From Planctomycetota bacterium (GTDB lineage Bacteria; Planctomycetota; UBA8108; UBA1146): DNA of 18,101 nucleotides. Positions 1-7,642 of the stretch are shown here, in pieces. The stretch covers positions 1 through 18,101 of the forward strand of contig JAYZBV010000010.1 in NCBI GenBank assembly GCA_036338595.1, written 5' to 3'. Within the stretch, counting starts at the first letter, position 1; every line of letters begins with the position of its first letter. The position numbers were made by a program, and so were the translations under genes. The notes beneath the pieces are model-generated. The model did no database searches. It was not told the origin of the DNA and worked only from the letters and a program-made list of their open reading frames with translations.

Positions 1-278
1 AACAGGAACAAGAGGATGGCTGGCACCCTCACACCAGGGGTGCCAAAAAACAACTGAGCAGCCAACAGGATGCAGAAAACTCCAAGCAACACATCCGTGA
101 GTTGCGATTGCCATCGCAGAGCAGTATCCAGAGATGAAAATGCGCTGAAGATCCAGAATCCACCACGCACGGTCAACCACCCTGCGGCTAGAAGCGCTAT
201 ACGTCGCGTTCCGACGGATGGAACTGGATCGTGGACCTGCATCTGGAGATGGGCTCCGCTTCGTATTTCTCCCACCAT
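1..278 (-). CDS. Partial (runs off the left edge) hypothetical membrane protein
   Basis: Manual translation of the - strand from ATG 278 (alternative ATG 242) is open to the window edge: MVGEIRSGAHLQMQVHDPVPSVGTRRIALLAAGWLTVRGGFWIFSAF...DVLLGVFCILLAAQLFFGTPGVRVPAILLFL. It has several hydrophobic segments and is divergent from the proline dehydrogenase gene. It is absent from the ORF track because it has no stop in the window. Confidence 0.6.
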   Translation of the reverse strand, partial: MVGEIRSGAHLQMQVHDPVPSVGTRRIALLAAGWLTVRGGFWIFSAFSSLDTALRWQSQLTDVLLGVFCILLAAQLFFGTPGVRVPAILLFL

Positions 279-384
279 GGGATAGTCCAGAGTATGCTAA
301 GGGGAATGGCCCTGAGATGCTGCCTGTTCAGGGGTATCCAGGCAATCGCATGAAGTTGTTCAGGAACAACTAGGGAAAAGGGAC

Positions 385-1281
385 GTGATCAACAAAGCCA
401 TCGTTGCGCTTCTACCGCTGGTTCCACGACCCATCGTCTGGAAGATTTCTCGTCGATACATCGCCGGCAAAACTCTCGATGATGCCCTGCGATGTGTCGA
501 GGATCTCAACGCAAATGGTATGAGTGCCACCCTCGATGTGCTGGGAGAAGACACCACTGATCAGCAACAAGCTCTCGAAGGTGAAAAGATCTATCAGAGC
601 GCATTGAGCGAGATTTCAAGCAGAGGCCTGGATGCAAATATCTCGGTCAAACTGTCGATGCTGGGATTGCGGTTCGACCCTGCCCTTTGCGAATCGATCA
701 TGCGTCGATTGCTCCAATCTGCCGAGTCATTCAACAGTTTCGTCCGCATCGACATGGAAGATTCAACGGTGACAGACGTCACACTCCAACTCTATGAGAA
801 ACTCCGGAGAGATTCCGATCGCGTTGGTGCCGCCGTCCAGGCATATCTGAGAGGTACAGAAAGCTCGGTTCTTGACCTGCTCGGTGATGGCGAGACGAAC
901 CTGAGGTTGTGCAAGGGGATCTATGTCGAGCCAGAAGAGATCGCATTTACCGAGTTCAAGGAAGTACAGGCTTCGTTCAGAAACTCCCTGCAAGCACTCC
1001 TGGAAGGGGGAGCCAGAAGAGTGGGCATTGCCACGCACGATCCGGAACTGGTCGAGTCTGCGCTGGAGATGATCCGCAAACTCGATGTTCCCCGGGATCG
1101 TTACGAGTTTCAGATGTTGCTGGGAGTCGCCAAGGCGATGCGAACGGACCTGGTCAACCAGGGCCATCCTCTGCGCGTGTATGTTCCTTTTGGCGAAGAG
1201 TGGTACGCCTACTCGACGCGTCGGTTGAGGGAAAACCCTCAGATCGCAGGTCATGTCGTCAAGAATCTCTTCAGGGGTTGA
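385..1281 (+). CDS. putB: Monofunctional proline dehydrogenase (PRODH, FAD TIM barrel)
   Basis: 298 aa with PRODH motifs RYIAG, LDVLGE, ISVKLSMLG, VRIDMED, QAYL, LRLCKGIY, IATHD, YEFQMLLG, RVYVPFG..WYAYSTRRLRENP. GTG start. Confidence 0.93.
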   Translation: MINKAIVALLPLVPRPIVWKISRRYIAGKTLDDALRCVEDLNANGMSATLDVLGEDTTDQQQALEGEKIYQSALSEISSRGLDANISVKLSMLGLRFDPALCESIMRRLLQSAESFNSFVRIDMEDSTVTDVTLQLYEKLRRDSDRVGAAVQAYLRGTESSVLDLLGDGETNLRLCKGIYVEPEEIAFTEFKEVQASFRNSLQALLEGGARRVGIATHDPELVESALEMIRKLDVPRDRYEFQMLLGVAKAMRTDLVNQGHPLRVYVPFGEEWYAYSTRRLRENPQIAGHVVKNLFRG

Positions 1282-1301
1282 GTTCGAGGAGGAATCCAGC
1301 G

Positions 1302-1880
1302 ATGCGCGGGCAATACTGGAGTCCGGGAGATGAAAGACTGTCTGCCAACATCTCGTTGATGTATGCCAGCACGCTCATCGAAGGCTATCTGGCAACGGGC
1401 ACCCTGCAGCAGCAGTTCAAGGACCGGATCCTCGAGATGTGCACCATTCACCCTCGCTTGCTGGATCGAGATTGCATGCCGGGCCATCTGACAGCATCCG
1501 CTCTCGTGGTCAACGAAGATCGATCTCGAGTGATGCTGCATCATCATGCAAAACTGAACCGTTGGTTGCAATTCGGTGGTCATTGCGATGGCGATGCCAA
1601 TCTGCCCGCTGTTGCACTACGAGAAGCGATCGAGGAGTCCGGTGTGGGCGAGCTCTCCATCGATCCAGAGATCACGGATATTGATATCCATACCATTCCT
1701 CGACGAAAAAAAGTACCCGAGCATCTTCACCTGGACATCCGGTTCATGGTGATGGCTCCCGATCATTGCCTGCCAATGAAGAGCGAAGAGTCCCTTGAGG
1801 TTTGTTGGTATGATGTGGACGATCTGAACAAGATCGAACTGGATGAATCAGTGATGAGATTGGTGAGGACCATCTGCTGA
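1302..1880 (+). CDS. Nudix hydrolase
   Basis: Nudix box variant GGHCDGDANLPAVALREAIEESG, preceded by GHLTASALVV and HHAKLNRWLQ and followed by DIDIHTIP..EHLHLDIRF. GAGGAGG Shine-Dalgarno lies just upstream of ATG 1302 (alternative ATG 1359). The ORF-track start at 909 is a shadow extension over PRODH. Confidence 0.88.
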   Translation: MRGQYWSPGDERLSANISLMYASTLIEGYLATGTLQQQFKDRILEMCTIHPRLLDRDCMPGHLTASALVVNEDRSRVMLHHHAKLNRWLQFGGHCDGDANLPAVALREAIEESGVGELSIDPEITDIDIHTIPRRKKVPEHLHLDIRFMVMAPDHCLPMKSEESLEVCWYDVDDLNKIELDESVMRLVRTIC

Positions 1881-1888
1881 GGTCAACG

Positions 1889-2359
1889 TTGGTAGATGGG
1901 ATGGTCCCGGTGAGCGAGATCAAGAGTGCCATGAAGATGGGCATGTGGATGAATCGAGTGCTGGTTGCTGTTGCGATCGGTTTCGTGATTCTAGCGGGAG
2001 TACTGAGTGTCGCTATTCCCTACGACGGGATGCTGAAATGGACCGGCCTGCTGTATATCAGTGGTGGGGTGAGCCTGCTCAGCATCGTGGTAGGATTTTG
2101 GATCAGATATTCCCTCATCCCGTCCCTGGGCCTACAGCCAACGATGAAGGGAATGGGAGTTCACGCGATATGGATGTCAATGATTGCCGGATTCCATGAA
2201 GCCAGCGGATTGCTCTGGGCCATCTGCTCCTTCCTCTATCAGGACCCAACCGGACTCGTGGGAACCGGGGTCCACGTGTTCCTGCTAGCGTTGATGTGGA
2301 ATGCAGGTACTGACCTGGAGCGGTTCAGCAGTCAAGAAGAAGCGGAGAGCGAATCATGA
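1889..2359 (+). CDS. Hypothetical integral membrane protein (~4 TM)
   Basis: About four hydrophobic segments. It fills the gap between the Nudix and peroxiredoxin genes, and its stop overlaps the next start (ATGA at 2356-2359). The start codon is uncertain (1889-1949). Confidence 0.65.
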   Translation: MVDGMVPVSEIKSAMKMGMWMNRVLVAVAIGFVILAGVLSVAIPYDGMLKWTGLLYISGGVSLLSIVVGFWIRYSLIPSLGLQPTMKGMGVHAIWMSMIAGFHEASGLLWAICSFLYQDPTGLVGTGVHVFLLALMWNAGTDLERFSSQEEAESES

Positions 2360-2919
2360 GCAGTAATCGAGCAACCAGAGCGATGGCGGTCCTGGGAGGG
2401 ATGGTGATCATGGGAGTGCTAGCGGGATTATTTTCTTCAGGTGCGAATGGGGAAGTCGGACTCAAGGTCGGGGATCCAATTCCTGATCTGACTCTGTCGG
2501 GTTCAGACGGCAAGAAACACACGTTACGGGAAGGAATGACACGCGGGGAGGGCTTGATCATCGCATGGATTCCAAAAACCTCCACTCCCGGCTGAACTGC
2601 TCAGTGCAAGGCTCTGCGTGACAGTGCCGAGGAGATCAAGCAGTTCAAGGTCAAGATGTTTGTCATCTGCTGTGACAGCATCGAGAAGGTGAAGAAGTTC
2701 GGAGCGGATCTGGGCACGCCATTCCCGGTTCTCAGCGATCCAGACCGTGTTGCCGCGAAAAACTTTGGCGTCGATCGAGCCTTTGGCCTGTCCCGACGCC
2801 ACACCTTCTTCTTCGGTCCCGAGGGGAAGTTGCGTGAGATCGACAAGAAGGTGAAAGTGAAGAGTCACGGCGAAGACGTGGCCATCAAACTCGAGAAACT
2901 TGGTTTCCCGAAAAGGTAA
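2356..2919 (+). CDS. bcp: BCP/PrxQ-type peroxiredoxin (AhpC/TSA family), predicted selenoprotein (Sec80 encoded by TGA 2593-2595), with an N-terminal signal/anchor
   Basis: ORF-track pieces 2356..2595 and 2656..2919 are one reading frame interrupted only by a TGA: LKVGDPIPDLTL..G...IAWIPKTSTPG-[TGA]-TAQCKALRD...FPVLSDPDRVAAKNFGV...RRHTFFFGPEGKLREI...HGEDV. The TGA occupies the peroxidatic Cys position of PxxxTPGC. 187 aa with read-through. Confidence 0.88.
2600..2631 (+). promoter_or_regulatory. Putative bacterial SECIS element
   Basis: Upper stem GGCTCTG (2610-2616) pairs with CAGTGCC (2622-2628) with one U-U mismatch. The apical loop CGTGA (2617-2621) has G at its second position and starts 21 nt after the UGA. 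A possible lower pairing is CTC 2600-2602 with GAG 2629-2631. Folded by eye. Confidence 0.6.
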
Positions 2920-2942
2920 CCATGGATCAGATGTAGTTCAGA

Positions 2943-3935
2943 TCAGACCATCATCGGTAATACCCACAGGAAAGAACAGCCGAGCAGGCCAATCAGTGGC
3001 CCATCTGCTGTGTGTGGGCTGATGGCCTCTGCGACGGTCATCAGGATGGGCAAACAGATCAGTGCGATCGTCAACTGAGGCATCGTGAAATATGCGGAGT
3101 ACCAGAGCAACGCCAGCACGGTGACAATGAATACCATCGCACTTCCTTCAAGACTGCGGTGGTATTCTCCATTCCAGAACTTTCCGTCGTGCCAGATTGC
3201 TTTTGTCTTGTAGCGATGCTTGCCAAATCGAAGACCAACGGGCTCCGCAAGGCCATCACCGAACTCGTTCACGAGTTGAGGTATCAAGGTGATGATCTTG
3301 TTGTCGACGATGGCGATGAATGGCATGTAAATCAAAAATCTCAACACATCCTCGATCATGTCATAGCGCATGCTGTAGGGGCGATCTTCCAGGCGATCCC
3401 ACGAGATGAAGGCGAATCGAAAGATCGGTACCTGTCTTCGGATGACATTCCATTCGGTGAAGATGATCTTGAGCTGTTGTAGTGAGAAGAGGAACGCCGT
3501 ATCAAAGAGAATCTTGTCTCCCTCGACAAACAGGAACGGAATCACGAATGCTTGCAATTTTCGCCAGGGGCGCAGGCCTAGCTTTCGGACAAAATTGATC
3601 CGGATGTTGTATTTCATCACCAGGTGTGAGCAGAACACCTTGCCCATGAGTTCAAAGACTGCAGCTGCGAGGAAGAACTTGATGGCAGGAAGACTCAGGG
3701 TCGGGATCCATCCCTCGGTGGATGCCATCAGCATGCCGAGGGCCAGCATCAGGTAGGCGATTCCCGTGACGGCTACAAACCGGTCTTCGCCACTCCAGTC
3801 ATAATTCGAGTTTTCGAGGCCATAGGGATCTGCGTGGAGGGTCTTGAAGTATTTGTCTAGATCTTCGTGAATGTCCATCGGTCGCGATGGTGGAAGGGGG
3901 TGCGGCTGGTCTGGAGTTTTTTCTGGATCGGTCAT
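2943..3935 (-). CDS. Polytopic membrane enzyme of the phytol/dolichol kinase - cytidylyltransferase (CTP_transf_1-like) superfamily
   Basis: Multiple TM segments, with the signature GDGLAEPVGLRFGKHRY...RSLEGSAMVF and C-terminal AEAISPHTAD. GGAGG Shine-Dalgarno upstream of ATG 3935. Confidence 0.75.
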   Translation of the reverse strand: MTDPEKTPDQPHPLPPSRPMDIHEDLDKYFKTLHADPYGLENSNYDWSGEDRFVAVTGIAYLMLALGMLMASTEGWIPTLSLPAIKFFLAAAVFELMGKVFCSHLVMKYNIRINFVRKLGLRPWRKLQAFVIPFLFVEGDKILFDTAFLFSLQQLKIIFTEWNVIRRQVPIFRFAFISWDRLEDRPYSMRYDMIEDVLRFLIYMPFIAIVDNKIITLIPQLVNEFGDGLAEPVGLRFGKHRYKTKAIWHDGKFWNGEYHRSLEGSAMVFIVTVLALLWYSAYFTMPQLTIALICLPILMTVAEAISPHTADGPLIGLLGCSFLWVLPMMV

Positions 3936-4042
3936 TCTGCGGGCACCCTCCTGTTACCCATATCAGGAATACGAACTAGGTAGGACCGAAGTTCCATAAA
4001 TTCTTTGAAACGACCGAGTTGGACCCGAAATTCAGTTCCGCG

Positions 4043-6046
4043 TCACTGGTTCTTGTAGCAACGGATCTCAAAAACTCGGATCTGTTTGGATTGCTGCGTC
4101 TGGCTGATTTCAAGGCGAAGTGCCTGCACAGGGCCCGAATCGAGTCTGTGGCGGCGAAGTCTCAGGTAATTCTCCTCGGTCCTGACCACTTCACTGCGAA
4201 CGCCGTCTGCCGAAACGACGCTCACCACATACTCCTTGACCGTCTCGGGCTGGGGGCCTCGGATGATGTTCTTCGAGGCTGAATCAGAGGCGGATAACGT
4301 CAATTGACGGTGGAAGCCACTATCGAAAGTGATCTGAACCTCGTCGATCTGTACCGGAGTTTTCCAGCTCAACTCGATCCACTGACCCCCATCGACCATC
4401 TCTGCACCCCATCGATGCTCCCACTTGCCTGGAACATCTCTCACGATTCCATCGAGGATGTGAATCGGCTCAGCGCCATCAAGATGCGCAGAAGCAGTGA
4501 CGGTGGCAGATTGGGCGAGATCAGCGGGATCCTTGTTGGAAATATTCCTGATCGATTGATCATCCCTCAACAAGCGTTGCTGTAGCTCTCCAATGTGATG
4601 TTTCCTCAATACAGGAGGAGTCACACTCTTCTCGGTGCAGATGGCGGCAGCGGTTCCGATCGCTTGACCGGTGCACGCACAGGTTGCCATCACTCGTGTA
4701 GAGGTGAAGGCGACATGAGAGTTTGAAATGTTTCGTCCCGCCATCATCAGATTCTCGATGTTGCCGCTGAAGAGCGCTTCGAATGCGATGTTGTAGGGTT
4801 CCTTGATTGGCTTTGAATAAAAAGGAGGCTGGTCCCAGTCATCGAATCCTCCGGGGGGATGTTCATCGAAGGGCCAACCACCGATGGATACGCCATCATC
4901 TCGCAGTTTCCATCCGTCGGTCAGGTCATCTTGCGTCTGGATGTGCGCACCGGTGAGACGGCGGCTCTCACGCTTCCCGGGGATCATGCCAACTCGTTGA
5001 AGTGCCCAGTTGGCGGAGTCGGGCCGTTCACCGGAATTCTTGATCCAATCCCAGACTCCCATCACGATTCGTAGCAAGTCGAACCTCAACTCCTCATTGT
5101 CCTGAATTACATCGCGATCTCCGCCCAGCTCGATCCACCAGTATCCGTACTCGTAAGAACCCTTCGGGATCTTTCGAAACAGGAAGTCGTTTTCTGTCAT
5201 CTTTCGAGACCAGGGAGGAGCGAGAAAATCGATGGGGCTTTCATGTTTGGTCGCCGTGAACAGAATCGTGGCTCCCTGTGAGTTCTCGTCGCCCTTTTCC
5301 AGCGCCAGGGATTCGTTGTAGAGTGATCTAGGTTCGCGTCCCTTGCGAAAATCAGCACCTGCCTCGAGCGCGAGCCGGCAGTCGCCGGTGCAGTCACAAT
5401 AGGTACTCGCTTCGATGCGATAGATGGTTTCAGTCTTGTCACAACGAGCCATCACTCGAGTGATCTGGTTCTTGGATACTTCTGCAGAGTATACAGATGT
5501 ATCCAGTTTCAATGTGAGCAGCTCTTCTCGCTGGCACAGGTCATAAAGGGTCAGATCAAACAGTTCGAAGGAACGATGAGGATTTCTTCGAGCATCTTCG
5601 AGGCGGATTTCCTCAATCAGTCCACCTTCTCGCCAGCCGGATCGCTGACCATGAACATCGGCCCCAACGATGTGCATTCCTATTTCGCTGGAAGCGTTGC
5701 CTCCGAGGCGTGATCGGTCCTGTACCAGAAGGGTACGCGCGCCATTGCGAGCGGAAGCAAGAGCAGCACAAACTCCAGCCATTCCTCCGCCGGCAATCAG
5801 CACATCGACAGCAATGTCGATGATTCGCATGTGCTTTTCATCTACAGAAACCGACCCCAACTCGCTGGTCTTGTCGTCGGTGAAGGAGGATTCCTTGCTG
5901 TCGATGGGCGGGTGAGATGCAGAAACAAATCTTCTACCATCGATGGCCACGGATAGACCAGCCAGTAATCCGATCTGGCCGATGAAGTTCCTTCTGTCCA
6001 GAGCTGGAAATTCAGGCTCGGGAGTATCGGAGTCCAGATCGTTCAC
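4043..6046 (-). CDS. Tat-exported FAD-dependent oxidoreductase (FAD_oxidored/PF12831-like) with a C-terminal discoidin/galactose-binding-like domain
   Basis: N-terminal RRNFIG followed by a hydrophobic stretch (twin-arginine signal). Dinucleotide motif DVLIAGGGMAGVCAALASARNGA, plus LGGNASSEI, DCTGD, GKRESRR, NLMMAGRNIS and STRVMATC. C-terminal WIELSW..QIDEVQITFD...RVFEIRCY. The GTG start overlaps the upstream stop (GTGA). Confidence 0.85.
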   Translation of the reverse strand: MNDLDSDTPEPEFPALDRRNFIGQIGLLAGLSVAIDGRRFVSASHPPIDSKESSFTDDKTSELGSVSVDEKHMRIIDIAVDVLIAGGGMAGVCAALASARNGARTLLVQDRSRLGGNASSEIGMHIVGADVHGQRSGWREGGLIEEIRLEDARRNPHRSFELFDLTLYDLCQREELLTLKLDTSVYSAEVSKNQITRVMARCDKTETIYRIEASTYCDCTGDCRLALEAGADFRKGREPRSLYNESLALEKGDENSQGATILFTATKHESPIDFLAPPWSRKMTENDFLFRKIPKGSYEYGYWWIELGGDRDVIQDNEELRFDLLRIVMGVWDWIKNSGERPDSANWALQRVGMIPGKRESRRLTGAHIQTQDDLTDGWKLRDDGVSIGGWPFDEHPPGGFDDWDQPPFYSKPIKEPYNIAFEALFSGNIENLMMAGRNISNSHVAFTSTRVMATCACTGQAIGTAAAICTEKSVTPPVLRKHHIGELQQRLLRDDQSIRNISNKDPADLAQSATVTASAHLDGAEPIHILDGIVRDVPGKWEHRWGAEMVDGGQWIELSWKTPVQIDEVQITFDSGFHRQLTLSASDSASKNIIRGPQPETVKEYVVSVVSADGVRSEVVRTEENYLRLRRHRLDSGPVQALRLEISQTQQSKQIRVFEIRCYKNQ

Positions 6047-6627
6047 CTGGCAGCGATTTTCTTTGCAGTCTGTTTCTTTACCGACTTCTTCTTCGCGGCC
6101 TTCTTCTTGGTAGGAGATTTCCGTGTGGTTTTCTTTGCTGCTGGCTTCTTCTTGCCCGCCTTCTTCTTTGCAGCGTTTTTCTTTCTGGTGCTGGTCGCCG
6201 CATTTGTTGCTGAAACGAACTCCTTCATCGGAACCGATGCGATGGCTTCGGCGATCAGGTCATGTTCGCATTTCTCCCAGCTGGCAAGCCTTATGCAGCT
6301 CTTGCCGATGTCCAGTCGGGTGCCACGCTTCTTCCATTCGGTGGAGAGACGCTTGAAGACGCGCGGAATCACATAGATACCGCACATGTAGACGCCGTAA
6401 TGCCTTTTCTGGGATGCGATGGCTGCATACATCAGCGGTTCTCCATTGTAGGTATCAGGGCATTCAGAAAGAGGAACCTCGTAGCAGATGAATCCCCATC
6501 GCATCTGTTCCTTGTATCCCTTGGGCAGGTTTTTCCTGATCAAGGTGCGGAGTTTCTTGATGGTATCTCTGCGGTCCTCTGGCAGGGAATCGATGTATTC
6601 TTGTGGCGTTTTTGCCTGGCTTTGCAC
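6043..6627 (-). CDS. DUF1801 (YdhG-like) domain protein with a Lys/Ala-rich histone H1-like C-terminal tail
   Basis: TPQEYIDSLPEDRR..LRTLIRKNLP.GYKEQMRWGFICYEVPL...YNGEPLMYAAIASQKRHYGVY...LDIGKSCIR is typical of DUF1801. The tail reads KKNAAKKKAGKKKPAAKKTTRKSPTKKKAAKKK. AGGAGGT Shine-Dalgarno precedes GTG 6627. Confidence 0.85.
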   Translation of the reverse strand: MQSQAKTPQEYIDSLPEDRRDTIKKLRTLIRKNLPKGYKEQMRWGFICYEVPLSECPDTYNGEPLMYAAIASQKRHYGVYMCGIYVIPRVFKRLSTEWKKRGTRLDIGKSCIRLASWEKCEHDLIAEAIASVPMKEFVSATNAATSTRKKNAAKKKAGKKKPAAKKTTRKSPTKKKAAKKKSVKKQTAKKIAAR

Positions 6628-6780
6628 GACACCTCCTCTACAGACGCAGGATCGATCTGTAATGCCAGATTGTCCTCGATCCAGTTGGCATCTTCAACGA
6701 GCAGTTCCCTCTGTGTATGCTGACGCCACAAGCCACGATATGGATCGTCTTGTAGGTATGTTCATGAAGGGAGGAACACC

Positions 6781-6990
6781 ATGTCAAATTCTGATTCCGA
6801 TCCAGAATTCTGGACCTTGTTGCAAACCATTGCGGTCTTCGTGCTGGGGGCCTGGCTCATCGACTCCGGCCTGGACTGGTCTTCGACTCTTGCACTGAGC
6901 TATGAAGGGGGAGTGGCTCATGGGATGGCAAGAACCCTGGTTCTGCTTGTGGGGATCGCGGTCATCATCCTGAGGGTCCGGAGATCTTGA
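6781..6990 (+). CDS. Small 2-TM membrane protein (69 aa), first gene of the plsY-like run
   Basis: GGAGG Shine-Dalgarno (gggaggaacaccATG), two hydrophobic helices and a basic C-terminus (RVRRS). Confidence 0.65.
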   Translation: MSNSDSDPEFWTLLQTIAVFVLGAWLIDSGLDWSSTLALSYEGGVAHGMARTLVLLVGIAVIILRVRRS

Positions 6991-7063
6991 ACCGAGACAG
7001 AAAAACTGCACAGGTAATCACCTCGATTCGGTGCGCATCTCTTCTCGTGCACGGTGGCGACCT

Positions 7064-7642
7064 ATGACCCGCGAAGAGATCATCGGTATCGGTGTTGCTT
7101 ACCTGTTCGGAGGGTTCTGCACCGGTTACTTTCTCGTCCGCTTCAAGGCCAAACTCGACATTCGCGACCATGGGAGCCATGGAGTCGGGGCTCGAAATGT
7201 AGGTCGCGTTCTGGGTCGGGGCGGTTTTATTGTGACCCTGTTCGGGGATGCGCTGAAGGGCGCACTGGCGATCATCATCGCTCGCCATTTCGAGTTCTCC
7301 GAGATCGCGGTTTCTCTTGTCCTGGTGGCCGTGGTGGTGGGCCATATCTGGCCGTTTCTGCTGAACTTTCGTGGGGGACGCGGGATTGCCACGGCGTTTG
7401 GCGGCTACCTCGCACTCGATGTCCAGTTGGCCCTGTGGGTGCTGGTCTCGACAATTGTGTTGCTGGCTCTGGGTCGTGGCGTCATCTTGAGCGGTCTTGC
7501 GGCGTTTGCATTGTTGCCACTGATCGCCTTTGTGCTGGATCTTTCTGGTCACATCGTGGCTGCTCTGGCGGGCTGTTCAGTGGTTATTCTGTATGCGCAT
7601 AGACATCACCTTCGAGGAGCGCTACCGATCAAGGGAGAGTAA
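7064..7642 (+). CDS. plsY: PlsY-family acyl-phosphate-dependent acyltransferase (divergent paralog)
   Basis: Membrane protein with the PlsY layout: AYLFGGFCTG, DIRDHGSHGVGARNVGRVLG, DALKG, GHIWPFLLNFRGGRGIATAFG and C-terminal YAHRHHLR. The likely start is ATG 7064. The stop TAA (7640-7642) directly abuts the next ATG. Confidence 0.85.
   Translation: MTREEIIGIGVAYLFGGFCTGYFLVRFKAKLDIRDHGSHGVGARNVGRVLGRGGFIVTLFGDALKGALAIIIARHFEFSEIAVSLVLVAVVVGHIWPFLLNFRGGRGIATAFGGYLALDVQLALWVLVSTIVLLALGRGVILSGLAAFALLPLIAFVLDLSGHIVAALAGCSVVILYAHRHHLRGALPIKGE

Noticed and set aside
909..1301. 323-aa ORF start overlapping proline dehydrogenase
   Set aside because: The first 131 codons are an off-frame shadow of PRODH. 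Nudix-like sequence and a strong Shine-Dalgarno begin at 1302.
2356..2919. Peroxiredoxin as a pseudogene or as two separate ORFs (2356..2595, 2656..2919)
   Set aside because: The only interruption is a TGA exactly at the catalytic Cys, with a SECIS-like hairpin downstream and no other decay. Sec recoding explains this better.
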